In this document: piece after piece, positions 18,533 to 27,960 of the stretch
How positions within the stretch are numbered: position 1 is the stretch's first letter
Layout of the letters: each line of letters opens with the position of its first letter
Origin: Methanothermobacter thermautotrophicus str. Delta H
GTDB taxonomy: Archaea > Methanobacteriota > Methanobacteria > Methanobacteriales > Methanothermobacteraceae
NCBI RefSeq assembly: GCF_000008645.1
Contig: NC_000916.1
Location: 1,620,001-1,652,000 of the forward strand
DNA: 32,000 bases
Direction: 5' to 3'
Made by a program: the position numbers and the translations under genes
Notes under the pieces: model-generated
Seen by the model: only the letters and a program-made list of their open reading frames with translations
Database searches by the model: none
Told to the model about the DNA's origin: nothing

Positions 18533-19403
18533 GGAAGTTCCCCTCCGCAAGGTCCCTGAGGTACTTACCGTAATCTGTTTTTTCAAGCTTTTCGGCCATT
18601 TCAAGCACATCCTCCCTGGTGATCCAGCCATTGTTGTAGGCGATCTCCTCCAGGCATGCAATGTAGAAACCCTGCCTCTTCTGTATTGTTTCTATGAAGC
18701 TGCTTGCCTCAAGGAGACCATCATGGGTCCCTGTATCCAGCCAGGCCATCCCACGACCCATGAGCTCGACCCTGAGTTTACCCATCCTGAGGTATTCCTC
18801 ATTGACTGATGTTATCTCAAGCTCACCCCTATCTGAGGGTTCTATCCTCCTTGCGATCTCAACAACCTGGTTGTCATAGAAGTAGAGGCCGGGTACAACG
18901 TAATTCGATTTTGGCCGTGATGGTTTCTCCTCAATGGAGATAACCCTGCCTTCACTGTCAAATTCAACCACCCCGAAGGGACGCGGGTCTCTGACATAGT
19001 AACCGAATATGACAGCGCCATCCTCCAGTGAAGCCGCCCTGCGGAGTATTTCACTGAACCTGTGCCCGTAGAAGACGTTGTCACCCAGAACAAGGGCAAC
19101 CTTTGAGTCCCCTATGAAATCTTTACCCACGATGAATGCATCCGCAATCCCCCGGGGTTCCTCCTGGACCCTGTAGGAGAACCTGACCCCGAACTGCGAG
19201 CCGTCCCCCAGAAGATCCCTGTAGAGTGGAAGGTCCCGGGGTGTTGATATTATAAGTATGTCCCTTATTCCCGCCAGCATAAGGACGGATAGGGGGTAGT
19301 ATATCATTGGTTTATCATAGATCGGCAGCAGCTGCTTTGAAACAGCCCTTGTTATCGGGTAGAGGCGGGTCCCTGAGCCACCTGCAAGAACTATTCCCTT
19401 CAT
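18525..19403 (-). CDS. rfbA: Glucose-1-phosphate thymidylyltransferase
   Basis: It has the N-terminal [11 protein letters not shown] motif, a length of 292 aa, and an operon context. Confidence 0.95.
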   Translation of the reverse strand: MKGIVLAGGSGTRLYPITRAVSKQLLPIYDKPMIYYPLSVLMLAGIRDILIISTPRDLPLYRDLLGDGSQFGVRFSYRVQEEPRGIADAFIVGKDFIGDSKVALVLGDNVFYGHRFSEILRRAASLEDGAVIFGYYVRDPRPFGVVEFDSEGRVISIEEKPSRPKSNYVVPGLYFYDNQVVEIARRIEPSDRGELEITSVNEEYLRMGKLRVELMGRGMAWLDTGTHDGLLEASSFIETIQKRQGFYIACLEEIAYNNGWITREDVLEMAEKLEKTDYGKYLRDLAEGNFHG

Positions 19404-19426
19404 GCTTCACCTCCTCAGACTTTCAT

Positions 19427-20269
19427 TCATTTTACAAAACCCGCATCTTTGAGGTAATCCCTCAGGGCGTCCCTGTAGTTCCTCAGGGGTTTGAAACCCT
19501 CCATGGACCAGTTATAGTTTCTGAGAACAGAGAATGAGGGCCTCCGGGCGGGTCTGGGGAATTCATGGCTTTTCACGGGTTTCAGGCACACTTCCATGCC
19601 GAGTTCATTGAATATATCAATGGCAAATTCATACCACGAGCACTGACCAGAATTTGTGAGGTGATAGACCCCGTAGGCCGGTCTCTCCAGCAGGTTCCCG
19701 ATGGCTGCTGCAAGGTCACGGGTGTAGGTCGGGGATCCGTACTGGTCATCCACAACGCTTATTTCATGACCCCTCTCAGCGAGTTCAACCATGGTCCCCA
19801 CGAAGTTTCTCCCGTTCCTTCCGAACAACCATGATGTTCTGACAATGTAGAACCTCTCTGAAAGCTGACGCACCGAAACCTCGCCGAGGTACTTTGTTTT
19901 ACCATAGAAGTTAAGGGGATTTGGTTCATCAAATTCAAGGTATCCATCACCTTTTTCTCCATCAAAGACGTAATCCGTTGATATGTACAGGATGGATGAC
20001 CCCACAGCTGATGCCGCAGCTGCAATGTTCCTGGTGCCAAGCACGTTCACCTGGTATGCTTTATCCCTCTCTGTTTCTGCACAGTCAACGTCTGTGAATG
20101 CCGCGGCATGTACAACGGCGTCGGGCCGGGTCTCCCTGAGGAGTTCCATAACACCCTCAAGGTCACGGATGTCAAGGGAGCCTGATGTTACAACCTCATG
20201 CCTCCGGGATAGGATGTCCACGAGGTCGCTTCCCAGCATGCCCGAGGAACCGGTTATAAGGATCTTCAT
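19427..20269 (-). CDS. rfbD: dTDP-4-dehydrorhamnose reductase
   Basis: It has the TGSSGMLG Rossmann motif, the STDYVFDG motif and a length of 280 aa. It is the first gene of the rfbDACB operon, with a GAGAGGTG SD upstream. Confidence 0.92.
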   Translation of the reverse strand: MKILITGSSGMLGSDLVDILSRRHEVVTSGSLDIRDLEGVMELLRETRPDAVVHAAAFTDVDCAETERDKAYQVNVLGTRNIAAAASAVGSSILYISTDYVFDGEKGDGYLEFDEPNPLNFYGKTKYLGEVSVRQLSERFYIVRTSWLFGRNGRNFVGTMVELAERGHEISVVDDQYGSPTYTRDLAAAIGNLLERPAYGVYHLTNSGQCSWYEFAIDIFNELGMEVCLKPVKSHEFPRPARRPSFSVLRNYNWSMEGFKPLRNYRDALRDYLKDAGFVK

Positions 20270-20385
20270 CTGAGCACCTCTCTCTGGTCTTTTATTGTTA
20301 GAGGGATCTTAATACAAACCCCTCTTTCCCTGGTTTTATTCTGGATATCTTTCATGATAACAAATCCCTTATCTGATTGCAGGAA

Positions 20386-21087
20386 TCATCTCGGAACCTC
20401 TGAGGTTACCGGGTAAGGATACCCTGCTATCTCAAGAAAAGCATCAACATCAAACAGTCCCTCAAGGACGTGGTCTGCACCAGCATCCTCAAGTTCATCC
20501 ATGCTGAAATCACCTGTTGCAACCCCCACCGTTGTGACACCCACTTCCCGGCCGGCTGCAATATCACGGGGTGTGTCCCCCACGGCAATAACATCCCCTG
20601 CCTTGAGGTTTCCATAGATACCTGAAGCTCTTTCAAGGGCCAGCCTCAGAATTGAGGCCCTGCTGCAGCCCTCATTACCGAAGCCTCCGAACCGGAAGTG
20701 GGTATCAAAGGATGCTTCCCTGAGTTTCAGCCAGGCCACGGGTTCAATGTTACCGGTTACAACTCCAAGGGGTATCCCTGCATCCCTTAGGTGCTCAAGG
20801 ACCGCCCCGGCACCATCAAGGGGCCTTATATTATCCCTGCCAAGGTTCAGCCTGTAGTTGTATGATATCCTGTCGACTATCCTCCTGAAATCGTCTTCAT
20901 CAATTTCAAGGCCATGTTCAGCAGCTGTCCTGAATATTATCTCCTTATCGGTCATCCCCTGCATGTTCCCGATATCTATCCTGACATCAACATCAAACAG
21001 TTCCCTGAATGCCAGCCTGAAGGAGTAGAAGTGGCAGTGGGAACCCACAAGGAGGGTCTTATCAATGTCAAATATGATGGTCTTCAT
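20386..21087 (-). CDS. HAD-superfamily hydrolase (phosphoglycolate-phosphatase-like)
   Basis: Motif I is FDIDKTL, motif II is VVTGN, and motif IV is VGDTPRD. Confidence 0.85.
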   Translation of the reverse strand: MKTIIFDIDKTLLVGSHCHFYSFRLAFRELFDVDVRIDIGNMQGMTDKEIIFRTAAEHGLEIDEDDFRRIVDRISYNYRLNLGRDNIRPLDGAGAVLEHLRDAGIPLGVVTGNIEPVAWLKLREASFDTHFRFGGFGNEGCSRASILRLALERASGIYGNLKAGDVIAVGDTPRDIAAGREVGVTTVGVATGDFSMDELEDAGADHVLEGLFDVDAFLEIAGYPYPVTSEVPR

Positions 21088-21130
21088 GGTATCATTCCAT
21101 TACTTAAAGCGGATCAGCCGAAATTCAATT

Positions 21131-21346
21131 CTAGCTGTACTTTTTTCTCAGATGCTCTGAACTGTAATCATAATAGACAATATTGGACTTAATAAAAACC
21201 CTCTGCACGGGTTCATCATCCTGAAGGTATGTCACGGTTATCTTCCTCTCACTCACACGAATCTCCACTGCATTGCCACGGGGACCTGTACTGTAGGTGT
21301 GCTCCTCCCCCACAAGGTCCCTTATCCTTATCCAGTCCACTGCCAT
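21131..21346 (-). CDS. Small hypothetical protein (71 aa)
   Basis: Only an ORF with a beta-strand-like composition supports this call. It is divergent from the ArsR gene. Confidence 0.4.
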   Translation of the reverse strand: MAVDWIRIRDLVGEEHTYSTGPRGNAVEIRVSERKITVTYLQDDEPVQRVFIKSNIVYYDYSSEHLRKKYS

Positions 21347-21418
21347 TTTAATCCATCCGAATATTTCACCAGAGTCTCTGCGTTATTATTATCTACGGTT
21401 CCATCTATAAAGTATTTC

Positions 21419-21778
21419 ATGAAGAGGGATATCTGTGAAATTGAGCATACAGACAGGGAACGGGTGCTGAGGGTGAGGGCTGAAATGCCCTCCATCGATG
21501 ATATAAGGGGGATCTGTGACATTTTTAAGATATTATCTGAGCCAACACGACTTAAGATACTCATGGCGCTTTCACTGGACTCCCTCTGCGTATGTGAACT
21601 GGCATCATTACTGGATGTAACCCAGTCAGCGGTTTCACATCAGCTGAGGATCCTCAGGAACGCCGGGATGGTTGACTATGAGAGGGATGGTAAGATGGCG
21701 CGCTATTACCTAAGGGATAATATGGTTGTGGATTTCATAGAGCAGTGCAGTAAACTGCATTCACGGTGTGAGGAATAA
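21419..21778 (+). CDS. ArsR/SmtB-family metalloregulator
   Basis: It has a winged HTH (ILSEPTRLKILMAL...QSAVSHQLRILRNAGMV) with a CVC metal site (SLCVCELA). The start is at the ATG at 21419. Confidence 0.9.
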   Translation: MKRDICEIEHTDRERVLRVRAEMPSIDDIRGICDIFKILSEPTRLKILMALSLDSLCVCELASLLDVTQSAVSHQLRILRNAGMVDYERDGKMARYYLRDNMVVDFIEQCSKLHSRCEE

Positions 21779-21780
21779 AA

Positions 21781-22432
21781 ATGTATGAGCTGCTCTCCTA
21801 TCACCTTGAGGACAGATCACCGGTCCACCCATCCCTTGAGGATGTCAGCATAACCATCAACACCACTGTAGGGAATGATGGATATGAGACCCACACCATC
21901 CGGACCAGCAACCATGCAGGTACACACATAGATGCACCGGCCCACTTCATTGAGGGAGGAAGGAGGATCTCTGACTACAGTATAGATGACCTTATCTTCA
22001 ATGAGGTCTCCATAGTTGAGGTGGATGCGGGCCCAGGTGTCCCCATAGGAAAGGATGACATTGACGTTGTTGACTGTGAGCTCCTCATCATAAAAACAGG
22101 TTTCGGGTCACGCAGGGGAGAGGATGTTTACCTCAGAGACAATCCATGGATAGACCCTGAACTCATAGACCATATAAGAAGAAACTTCAAGGGGATAAGG
22201 GCTCTTGGAATTGACTGTATATCGATATCCACTTCATCAAGGCCCTCTGAGGGGAGGATGGCCCATCTGAAACGCCTTCATGGAGAGGCCCGAGTACGGA
22301 GACCCCCTCCTTCTCATAGAGGACATGAAACTTGACAGGGTCCGGGAGGTTACCGGGAGGGTGTTTGCTGTTCCATGGATGCTTGGATCTGTTGACAGCG
22401 CACCCTGCACCGTTATAGCGGAGCTGAGATGA
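21781..22432 (+). pseudogene. Cyclase-family protein (kynurenine-formamidase-like fold, PF04199 type) with a frameshift near 22270
   Basis: It has the HAGTHIDAPAHF motif. The C-terminus continues only in the +1 frame (NAFMERPEYGDPLLLIEDMKLDRV...PWMLGSVDSAPCTVIAELR*), and that frame's stop overlaps the next gene's ATG (ATGA). The span is 652 nt, which is 3n+1. Confidence 0.8.
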
Positions 22433-22842
22433 GTGACATGGAAATAAGGATAAGGCCCGTCGGGGTTGTAAGGTCACCCTTCAAGACCAGGAGCGATGCA
22501 CCGGCACAGGGAAGGTTTTCCAGCGAGGAAAGTGAGATCCACATCTTTCCAGAGTACCTGGACGCGGTGGACGGTCTTGAACTCTTCAGCCACATCTTTG
22601 TTTTATACTGGCTGCACCTCGCTGAGAGGAATGTTTTAAGGGTGGTACCCAGGGGTAAAAGGAAGAAGAGGGGTGTTTTCTCTACAAGGGCTCCTGCGAG
22701 GCCCAACCCTGTGGGGCTCTGTCTTGTGGAGCTACTTGAGTGTGGGGAGATACTGAGGGTCAGGGGCCTTGATGCCCTGGACGGTTCCCCGGTTATTGAT
22801 ATAAAACCATACTATGAGGATATAGATTCACTGGGGTTCTGA
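22429..22842 (+). CDS. TsaA/TrmO-family (UPF0066) putative tRNA m6t6A methyltransferase
   Basis: Family motifs are present: IRPVGVVRSPF, APAQG, FSHIFVLYWLH, RGVFSTRAPARPNPVGL, LDGSPVIDIKPY. Confidence 0.85.
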   Translation: MSDMEIRIRPVGVVRSPFKTRSDAPAQGRFSSEESEIHIFPEYLDAVDGLELFSHIFVLYWLHLAERNVLRVVPRGKRKKRGVFSTRAPARPNPVGLCLVELLECGEILRVRGLDALDGSPVIDIKPYYEDIDSLGF

Positions 22843-22926
22843 TGGTTTTCTGAATGGTTCTTCAGCATCCGGGGGATATGGATTCACTGGGGTTCTGATG
22901 GTTTTCTGAATGGTTCTTCAACATCC
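22818..22926. repeat. 53-bp tandem duplication (2 mismatches), period 56 bp, carrying the 3' ends of both convergent genes
   Basis: The copies are at 22818-22870 and 22874-22926. The TrmO-like stop (22840-22842) is in copy 1 and the flavodoxin stop (22884-22886) is in copy 2. Confidence 0.95.
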
Positions 22927-23380
22927 CTTACGAAGGGTTCTATCTTGCAGTCGCAGGTATCTTCCTTTATCTCCCTCTCTGTGATTGCGACTGTTTCGAT
23001 GGGTTCCATACCAAGGATTTCCTTCATGGTCCTGAATGTTCCCTCTGCACCGCTTCCACCGTAGGTGCAGAAGAAGGCCACATTCTTTATCTTTGAACGG
23101 TTCTCCTTCAGGTAGGTGCTTATGGGTACAGATGCTTACCAGCCCATACCGGAGTTCCAGCTATCACAAGGTCGTAACTGGAGGGGTCCTTTTCATAGGG
23201 TTCAAGGACGGTGTCCTTCCCCCTTGCAGCCTGGTAACCTGATTTTATAAATCCTATGATCCCTGTACGTTTCTGGGTATCATGGATCTCCTCGATATCG
23301 CATCCAAGTTCATCGGCTATTCTGGCTGCAACCTCCCTTGTGTTCCCGGTTCTTGAGTAATATACCACAAGTGCTTTCAT
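22884..23380 (-). pseudogene. Flavodoxin-family protein split by a frameshift near 23120-23137
   Basis: The N-terminal part reads MKALVVYYSRTGNT...GTPVWAG. The third frame continues ASVPISTYLKENRSKIKNVAFFCTYGGSG into the 65-aa ORF. The span is 497 nt, which is 3n-1. Confidence 0.8.
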
Positions 23381-23637
23381 GTAGTCTAATATGTGGATCT
23401 GTTCATTTATATTATTGCTTAATTTTAAAATCAGTTTTCTGTCTTCCAGGGGTTCTCTTGCGTTTCATATCTCATGGAGTGTTCCTTTGATGCTTTAAAA
23501 GCAGGGTTCTCTGTTTATCTGCGGAACGTATTCTGTGATCTTAGCTGAAAAAACTGTGAGATGATAGCATGCACTAAATTGAAGCTGGCCTTCATATAAA
23601 CTTAGAAATAGTCCCTGCATGTGATAATATGGGGGGT

Positions 23638-23727
23638 AGCTTCCAGAGATTTTAAGGGGGGTTGTTAGGAGTGAAAAAACGGGGAGGTGCTTTATTTTTT
23701 CACATCTCTGGAAGCTGATATTTTTTT
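23638..23727 (+). other. Candidate structured RNA: a perfect 13-bp stem enclosing a 53-nt purine-rich loop, followed by T7
   Basis: AGCTTCCAGAGAT (23638-23650) pairs with ATCTCTGGAAGCT (23704-23716). A T7 tract lies at 23721-23727 and a TATA-like TTCATATAAAC at 23591-23601. Confidence 0.3.
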
Positions 23728-23931
23728 GTGCTTTCAACAGAACGAATATCCCGGATGTTGAAAGCCATAATAAGGGGGTGATGTGTGTATGAGACACACA
23801 AACCTATATGTTAGAATACTCCTATATAAACATTTCGGTGAGGTGAAGGGTGAATTAGGTGATTGAACATAATTAATGTAGTGGACCATGAGATGACAAT
23901 CTTTAATTTCAGAACCTGAAGGAGTGAATCC

Positions 23932-24606
23932 ATGAAAGAACCTGTGGAAGGGCCACTATTCACGGCCCGCACATGCAGGGAGTACCTTAAAATGTTCAAC
24001 CTCAACCCTCCCGACCTGAGGGACCTCCGGATACTGGACTGCCCGGGGGGTGCCAGTTCATTCACCCCCATCATGGCCGCAGCTGGTTTTGATGTGAGGG
24101 CATGTGACATCATGTACGGCGAGGAACCAGGGATCCTCGGTGAAATGTGCAGGGAGCACCTCCGGACCCTCACAGAAGCATTAAAAAGAATTAAAGATAC
24201 CTTTAAATGGGAATTCTATAAATCCCCTGATGAGATGCTTGAAAAACGCCTTGAAGCATGCAGCTGCTTCGAGGAAAGCTACAGACTGAACCCCGCCCTG
24301 TACATCAGGGGGGATCTCAGGGAGCTACCCTTTGATGACGGTGAATTCGACCTGGTGGTCTCATCACACCTCCTGTTCATCTACGAGCACAGGCTTGACC
24401 GGGAATTCCATAGAAAAGCCCTTGAAGAACTCACAAGGGTGGGCTCAGAGGTGAGGGTGTACCCCATCGTCAGGGAAAACGGTGAACTGGCGGATTATGC
24501 AAGGGAACTAATAAATGATGGGATGAGGGGAGTTGATGTTGATGTGGTGGAGGTGGACTATGAGTTCAGGAGAGGTGGCAACAGGATGCTCATACTGAGG
24601 AGCTGA
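23932..24606 (+). CDS. Class I SAM-dependent methyltransferase
   Basis: It has motif I (ILDCPGGASSF) and the acidic motif post I. A GGAGTGA SD sits 4 nt upstream of the ATG. Confidence 0.8.
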   Translation: MKEPVEGPLFTARTCREYLKMFNLNPPDLRDLRILDCPGGASSFTPIMAAAGFDVRACDIMYGEEPGILGEMCREHLRTLTEALKRIKDTFKWEFYKSPDEMLEKRLEACSCFEESYRLNPALYIRGDLRELPFDDGEFDLVVSSHLLFIYEHRLDREFHRKALEELTRVGSEVRVYPIVRENGELADYARELINDGMRGVDVDVVEVDYEFRRGGNRMLILRS

Positions 24607-24627
24607 TCCAGTTTTCAGGACATCCAC

Positions 24628-27216
24628 CTACCTTTTTATTTCATCTATTATCGCCTGGTGCATTCTCCTTATGAATTCTATCCTGTCCTCATATTTGAGG
24701 ACATCCAGGTAACCCTGGGCCACAAGGTTGAAGGCGAAGGGTGATGGTATGCGGGTGTTGATCTGTTTTATCTCCATATCACCGTCCCTTATCCATTCAA
24801 GCACCCTGATGGCATTTTCAATGTCCATGTAGTCCTCCATGACCTCCCTCCGCGCTTCCTCGAGGATAGGGAACTTATCATCAAGTTCACTCACAAATTT
24901 GAGGAGTATCTTACCCCGCACCTGCTGCCTGCCAACCGATTTCTCCTCGCCCCTGTACCTCCGAAGTATCATAAGTGCACGGCCAGCACAGTGCCTGAAT
25001 CTGCTTGCCAGCGTCTCTGTCCTGTCAAGGGCCTTCTTGAGCACATTCCTCAGGTTTTCAGGTTCAAGTTCCCTGAAGGCCTCAAGACCACCCATTTTGC
25101 CCTCTGAACTGAGGTAGAAACCATTGTCAGATACAGATATCATAACATCCCTCCGGTAGCGTCTGGCAATGACGTAGGCGACTGCACGGGAGATTGCATC
25201 GTTCACCCTCCTCCCGAAGAGACTGTGGAATACAATGAACTTCCTCCCACCGAAACCTGTGTAGTACTCCACCAGCATTCTCCTTATACTGGGTATTCCG
25301 GCGTAGAGGTACTGCTCACGGAAGTATTCGTAGATGGAGGACGCCGCCCTTTCGTCCACATGAAGGTAGCTCATTATGAATTCCATTATCTCATCCCTGG
25401 AACGTCCATACTGAAACTTTCCATCCATTATATCCCTGAAGCGCTGTATATCCAATGCAAGATCAAAGGAGAGGGGTAGCTGCTCTGAGAACCATGAGGG
25501 GATCGTCGGAGGCCCTGAGGCCGGAGTGACGTTCACGGTCATGCCCCTGGCATAGTTGAAGCGGTATATTCTGCCCCCAAGCACAAAGGTGTCCCCCTTC
25601 CTGAGCTTCTCCATGAAGTCCTCCTCGATTCTCCCCACGACCTTACCGCCGCACTTCACAACCGCAGCGCTTCTATCCGGTATCGTGCCTATGTTGGTGG
25701 AGTAAAGCATCCTTGCAAGTTTACCCCTCTTCCCGAACTGGTTCTTATCATAGTCAACCCAGATCTTGGCGTACACGTACCTTTCCTCAAGTTCCACGTA
25801 CTCACCGGCCAGGTAACTGAGGACAGAGAGGTAATCCTCCCTACTGAGGTTCCTGTAACAGTAGCTGTTCCTTATGACCGCAAGGGCATGGTCGATGTCC
25901 CAGGGGTTCTCGATGGCCATCCCGTATATGTGCTGGGCCAGCACATCCAGGCAGTTCTCGGGTACCTTGATGGAGTCGATTTTACCCTCAAGGGCATTTT
26001 TGAGTATGAGTGAACACTCAACAAGGTCATCCCTGTCCACAACAACTATCCTCCCCTTAGATCTCTGGTGAAGCTGATGGCCGCTCCTCCCGATCCTCTG
26101 GAGGGCCCTTGAAACTGATTTGGGGGAACTCAGAAGCACCACAAGGTCTATGTAGCCTATGTCGATACCGAGTTCAAGGGAGGTGGATGACACAACCGCC
26201 TTCAGTTCACCCCTCTTGAGCTTCTCCTCGGTTTCAAGTCGGATCTCCCTTGAGAGTGATGAATGGTGGGCCATGATGTTGCTATCACTGTAACTCTCAG
26301 GGAAACGACTTTTAAGGTTATATACAACGCTTTCAGTACCGCTCCTGGTGTTTGTGAATATCAGGGTTGTTCTGTGATCCTCTATGAGGTCATGGAGGAT
26401 GTCATAGAGGGCGTTCCCTATCTCCTCGGGATCAGCGGCAACGATATCATCCACGGGGCATATGAGGTCGATGTCCAGTTCCTTCAGGTAGCTGACGTCA
26501 ACTATCAGACACTCCCTCTCTGAACCGTAGCTGTAACCAACCAAGAACCGCGCGACCCTCTCGAGGGGGTGGACGGTTGCTGAGAGACCGATCCTTGTGA
26601 AGTCCCCCACGAGGTGCTGCAGCCTCTCAAGGCTGAGGGAGAGATGGACTCCCCTCTTATTATCTGCAAGGGAGTGTATCTCATCAACTATAACATAGCG
26701 GACGGTTGAAAGCTTTTCCCTGAATTTTGGTGCGACAAGGAGTATTGAGAGTGTCTCAGGAGTTGTTATCAGTATGTGGGGTGGTTTTTTGAGCATCCGT
26801 GACCTTTCATAGCTGGTAGTGTCCCCTGTCCTGACAGCCTTCCTTATCTCAAGGTCCCTGCCCTCCCCTGCGGCGATATCCCTGATGGCACTGAGGGGCT
26901 CCTCCAGGTTCCGTTCAATGTCGTTGTCCAGCGCCTTGAGGGGTGATATGTATATGCAGTAGACACTGTCCTCAAGCTCCCCATCATCTGCAAGTCTCGT
27001 CAGTTCGCTGATTATCGATAGGAAGGCGGTGAGGGTCTTGCCGGACCCTGTAGGGGAGGATACCAGGACATTCCTTCCCCTGTGGATGTCCATTATGGCA
27101 TACCTCTGGGCCTCTGTGAAGTCATCGAAGGTCCTCCTGAACCATTCACTCACCCATGGATGGAGTATGGAGTGTATCTCTCCGGATGTGTACATCCTCT
27201 CCTGTTTCTTTATCAT
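24628..27216 (-). CDS. lhr: Lhr-type (Lhr-Core) superfamily 2 DNA helicase
   Basis: Motifs [12 protein letters not shown] and SAT are present, with the C-terminal Lhr winged-helix/domain 4 region and a length of 862 aa. I recall it as the M. thermautotrophicus Lhr. Confidence 0.92.
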   Translation of the reverse strand: MIKKQERMYTSGEIHSILHPWVSEWFRRTFDDFTEAQRYAIMDIHRGRNVLVSSPTGSGKTLTAFLSIISELTRLADDGELEDSVYCIYISPLKALDNDIERNLEEPLSAIRDIAAGEGRDLEIRKAVRTGDTTSYERSRMLKKPPHILITTPETLSILLVAPKFREKLSTVRYVIVDEIHSLADNKRGVHLSLSLERLQHLVGDFTRIGLSATVHPLERVARFLVGYSYGSERECLIVDVSYLKELDIDLICPVDDIVAADPEEIGNALYDILHDLIEDHRTTLIFTNTRSGTESVVYNLKSRFPESYSDSNIMAHHSSLSREIRLETEEKLKRGELKAVVSSTSLELGIDIGYIDLVVLLSSPKSVSRALQRIGRSGHQLHQRSKGRIVVVDRDDLVECSLILKNALEGKIDSIKVPENCLDVLAQHIYGMAIENPWDIDHALAVIRNSYCYRNLSREDYLSVLSYLAGEYVELEERYVYAKIWVDYDKNQFGKRGKLARMLYSTNIGTIPDRSAAVVKCGGKVVGRIEEDFMEKLRKGDTFVLGGRIYRFNYARGMTVNVTPASGPPTIPSWFSEQLPLSFDLALDIQRFRDIMDGKFQYGRSRDEIMEFIMSYLHVDERAASSIYEYFREQYLYAGIPSIRRMLVEYYTGFGGRKFIVFHSLFGRRVNDAISRAVAYVIARRYRRDVMISVSDNGFYLSSEGKMGGLEAFRELEPENLRNVLKKALDRTETLASRFRHCAGRALMILRRYRGEEKSVGRQQVRGKILLKFVSELDDKFPILEEARREVMEDYMDIENAIRVLEWIRDGDMEIKQINTRIPSPFAFNLVAQGYLDVLKYEDRIEFIRRMHQAIIDEIKR

Positions 27217-27960
27217 TCAATCACCCGGATAACCTGTTTTCTGCTGAAACTTCAGAAGGTCCCCCACGGTCCCGAATTCGAAGATCTCAAAGTCCTCAAC
27301 ACCATAAACCAGGAATTCAGTGAGTTCAGACTCCCTCAGAAAGGGGGAGAGTATATCCTCATGGAGGATGTCTGAACCCTCTGTAACGAAGTTAAAGGAG
27401 GGCATCACAAGGAGTTTCATGTCCCTGAAGGGGCCAAGCAGGAAACATTTGATCTTCTCAACCCTCTCACCGCTTCTTAAACCCACACAGGGATGTTCAT
27501 GGCCGATGATTATTGTCTCAGCATCAAGGTCTTCGGGTACAACGTGGCCGTGTGCAAGGAGGAAACAGGATATCTTGAGGGTTTCGGTGACACTGAGATG
27601 TGACACCTGTGACATGTAGGGTATGAGGGCGTCATGGTTTCCCCTGATGATGGTTATATCCCTGAAGTTCTCCTCAAGGTACTGCATCATTCTGATGATC
27701 TCACGGTTCTCCTGCCAGCTCACCCTTCCGAACTCATGTTTAAGGTCCCCGTTTATGATGATACCTGAGGCTCCGGACACGTCCCGTATGGCGTCTATCC
27801 GTTCAATTATCCTCCTGAACTGGAAACCGGGTACCATAACACCCTGTGTGTTGAGGTACTGCTCGTAGCCCAGGTGGAGGTCTGCAATGACCATGGAATC
27901 CTCAATGATGAGGGACAGGTCACATATTTCAAGGTCATCCATGAGTCTGTAGGTCTTCAT
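27217..27960 (-). CDS. Lhr-associated metallophosphoesterase (MPE/PdeM-like)
   Basis: Motifs ADLHLG, GDLKHEF, GNHD and GHEHP are present. Its stop abuts the Lhr ATG (TGAATG). Confidence 0.87.
   Translation of the reverse strand: MKTYRLMDDLEICDLSLIIEDSMVIADLHLGYEQYLNTQGVMVPGFQFRRIIERIDAIRDVSGASGIIINGDLKHEFGRVSWQENREIIRMMQYLEENFRDITIIRGNHDALIPYMSQVSHLSVTETLKISCFLLAHGHVVPEDLDAETIIIGHEHPCVGLRSGERVEKIKCFLLGPFRDMKLLVMPSFNFVTEGSDILHEDILSPFLRESELTEFLVYGVEDFEIFEFGTVGDLLKFQQKTGYPGD

Noticed and set aside
17975-18661. 228-aa version of rfbC with a 43-aa N-terminal extension
   Set aside because: The extension lies inside rfbA in another frame and has no similarity to RmlC. The MAEFRF start at 18532 gives the canonical length.
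23381-23931. Replication origin (AT-rich, inverted TTGAAA-containing repeats, MCM in the window)
   Set aside because: MCM is 19 kb away and no cdc6/orc1 gene is adjacent. I cannot reliably recall the ORB consensus for comparison, and the inverted repeats are only 16 nt apart, which fits hairpins better than ORB pairs.
23495-24173. 100-aa and 120-aa minus-strand ORFs in or around the long intergenic region
   Set aside because: They have no SD sequence, a low-complexity composition and AT-rich codon usage unlike the neighbouring genes. The second one overlaps the well-supported methyltransferase gene in antisense.
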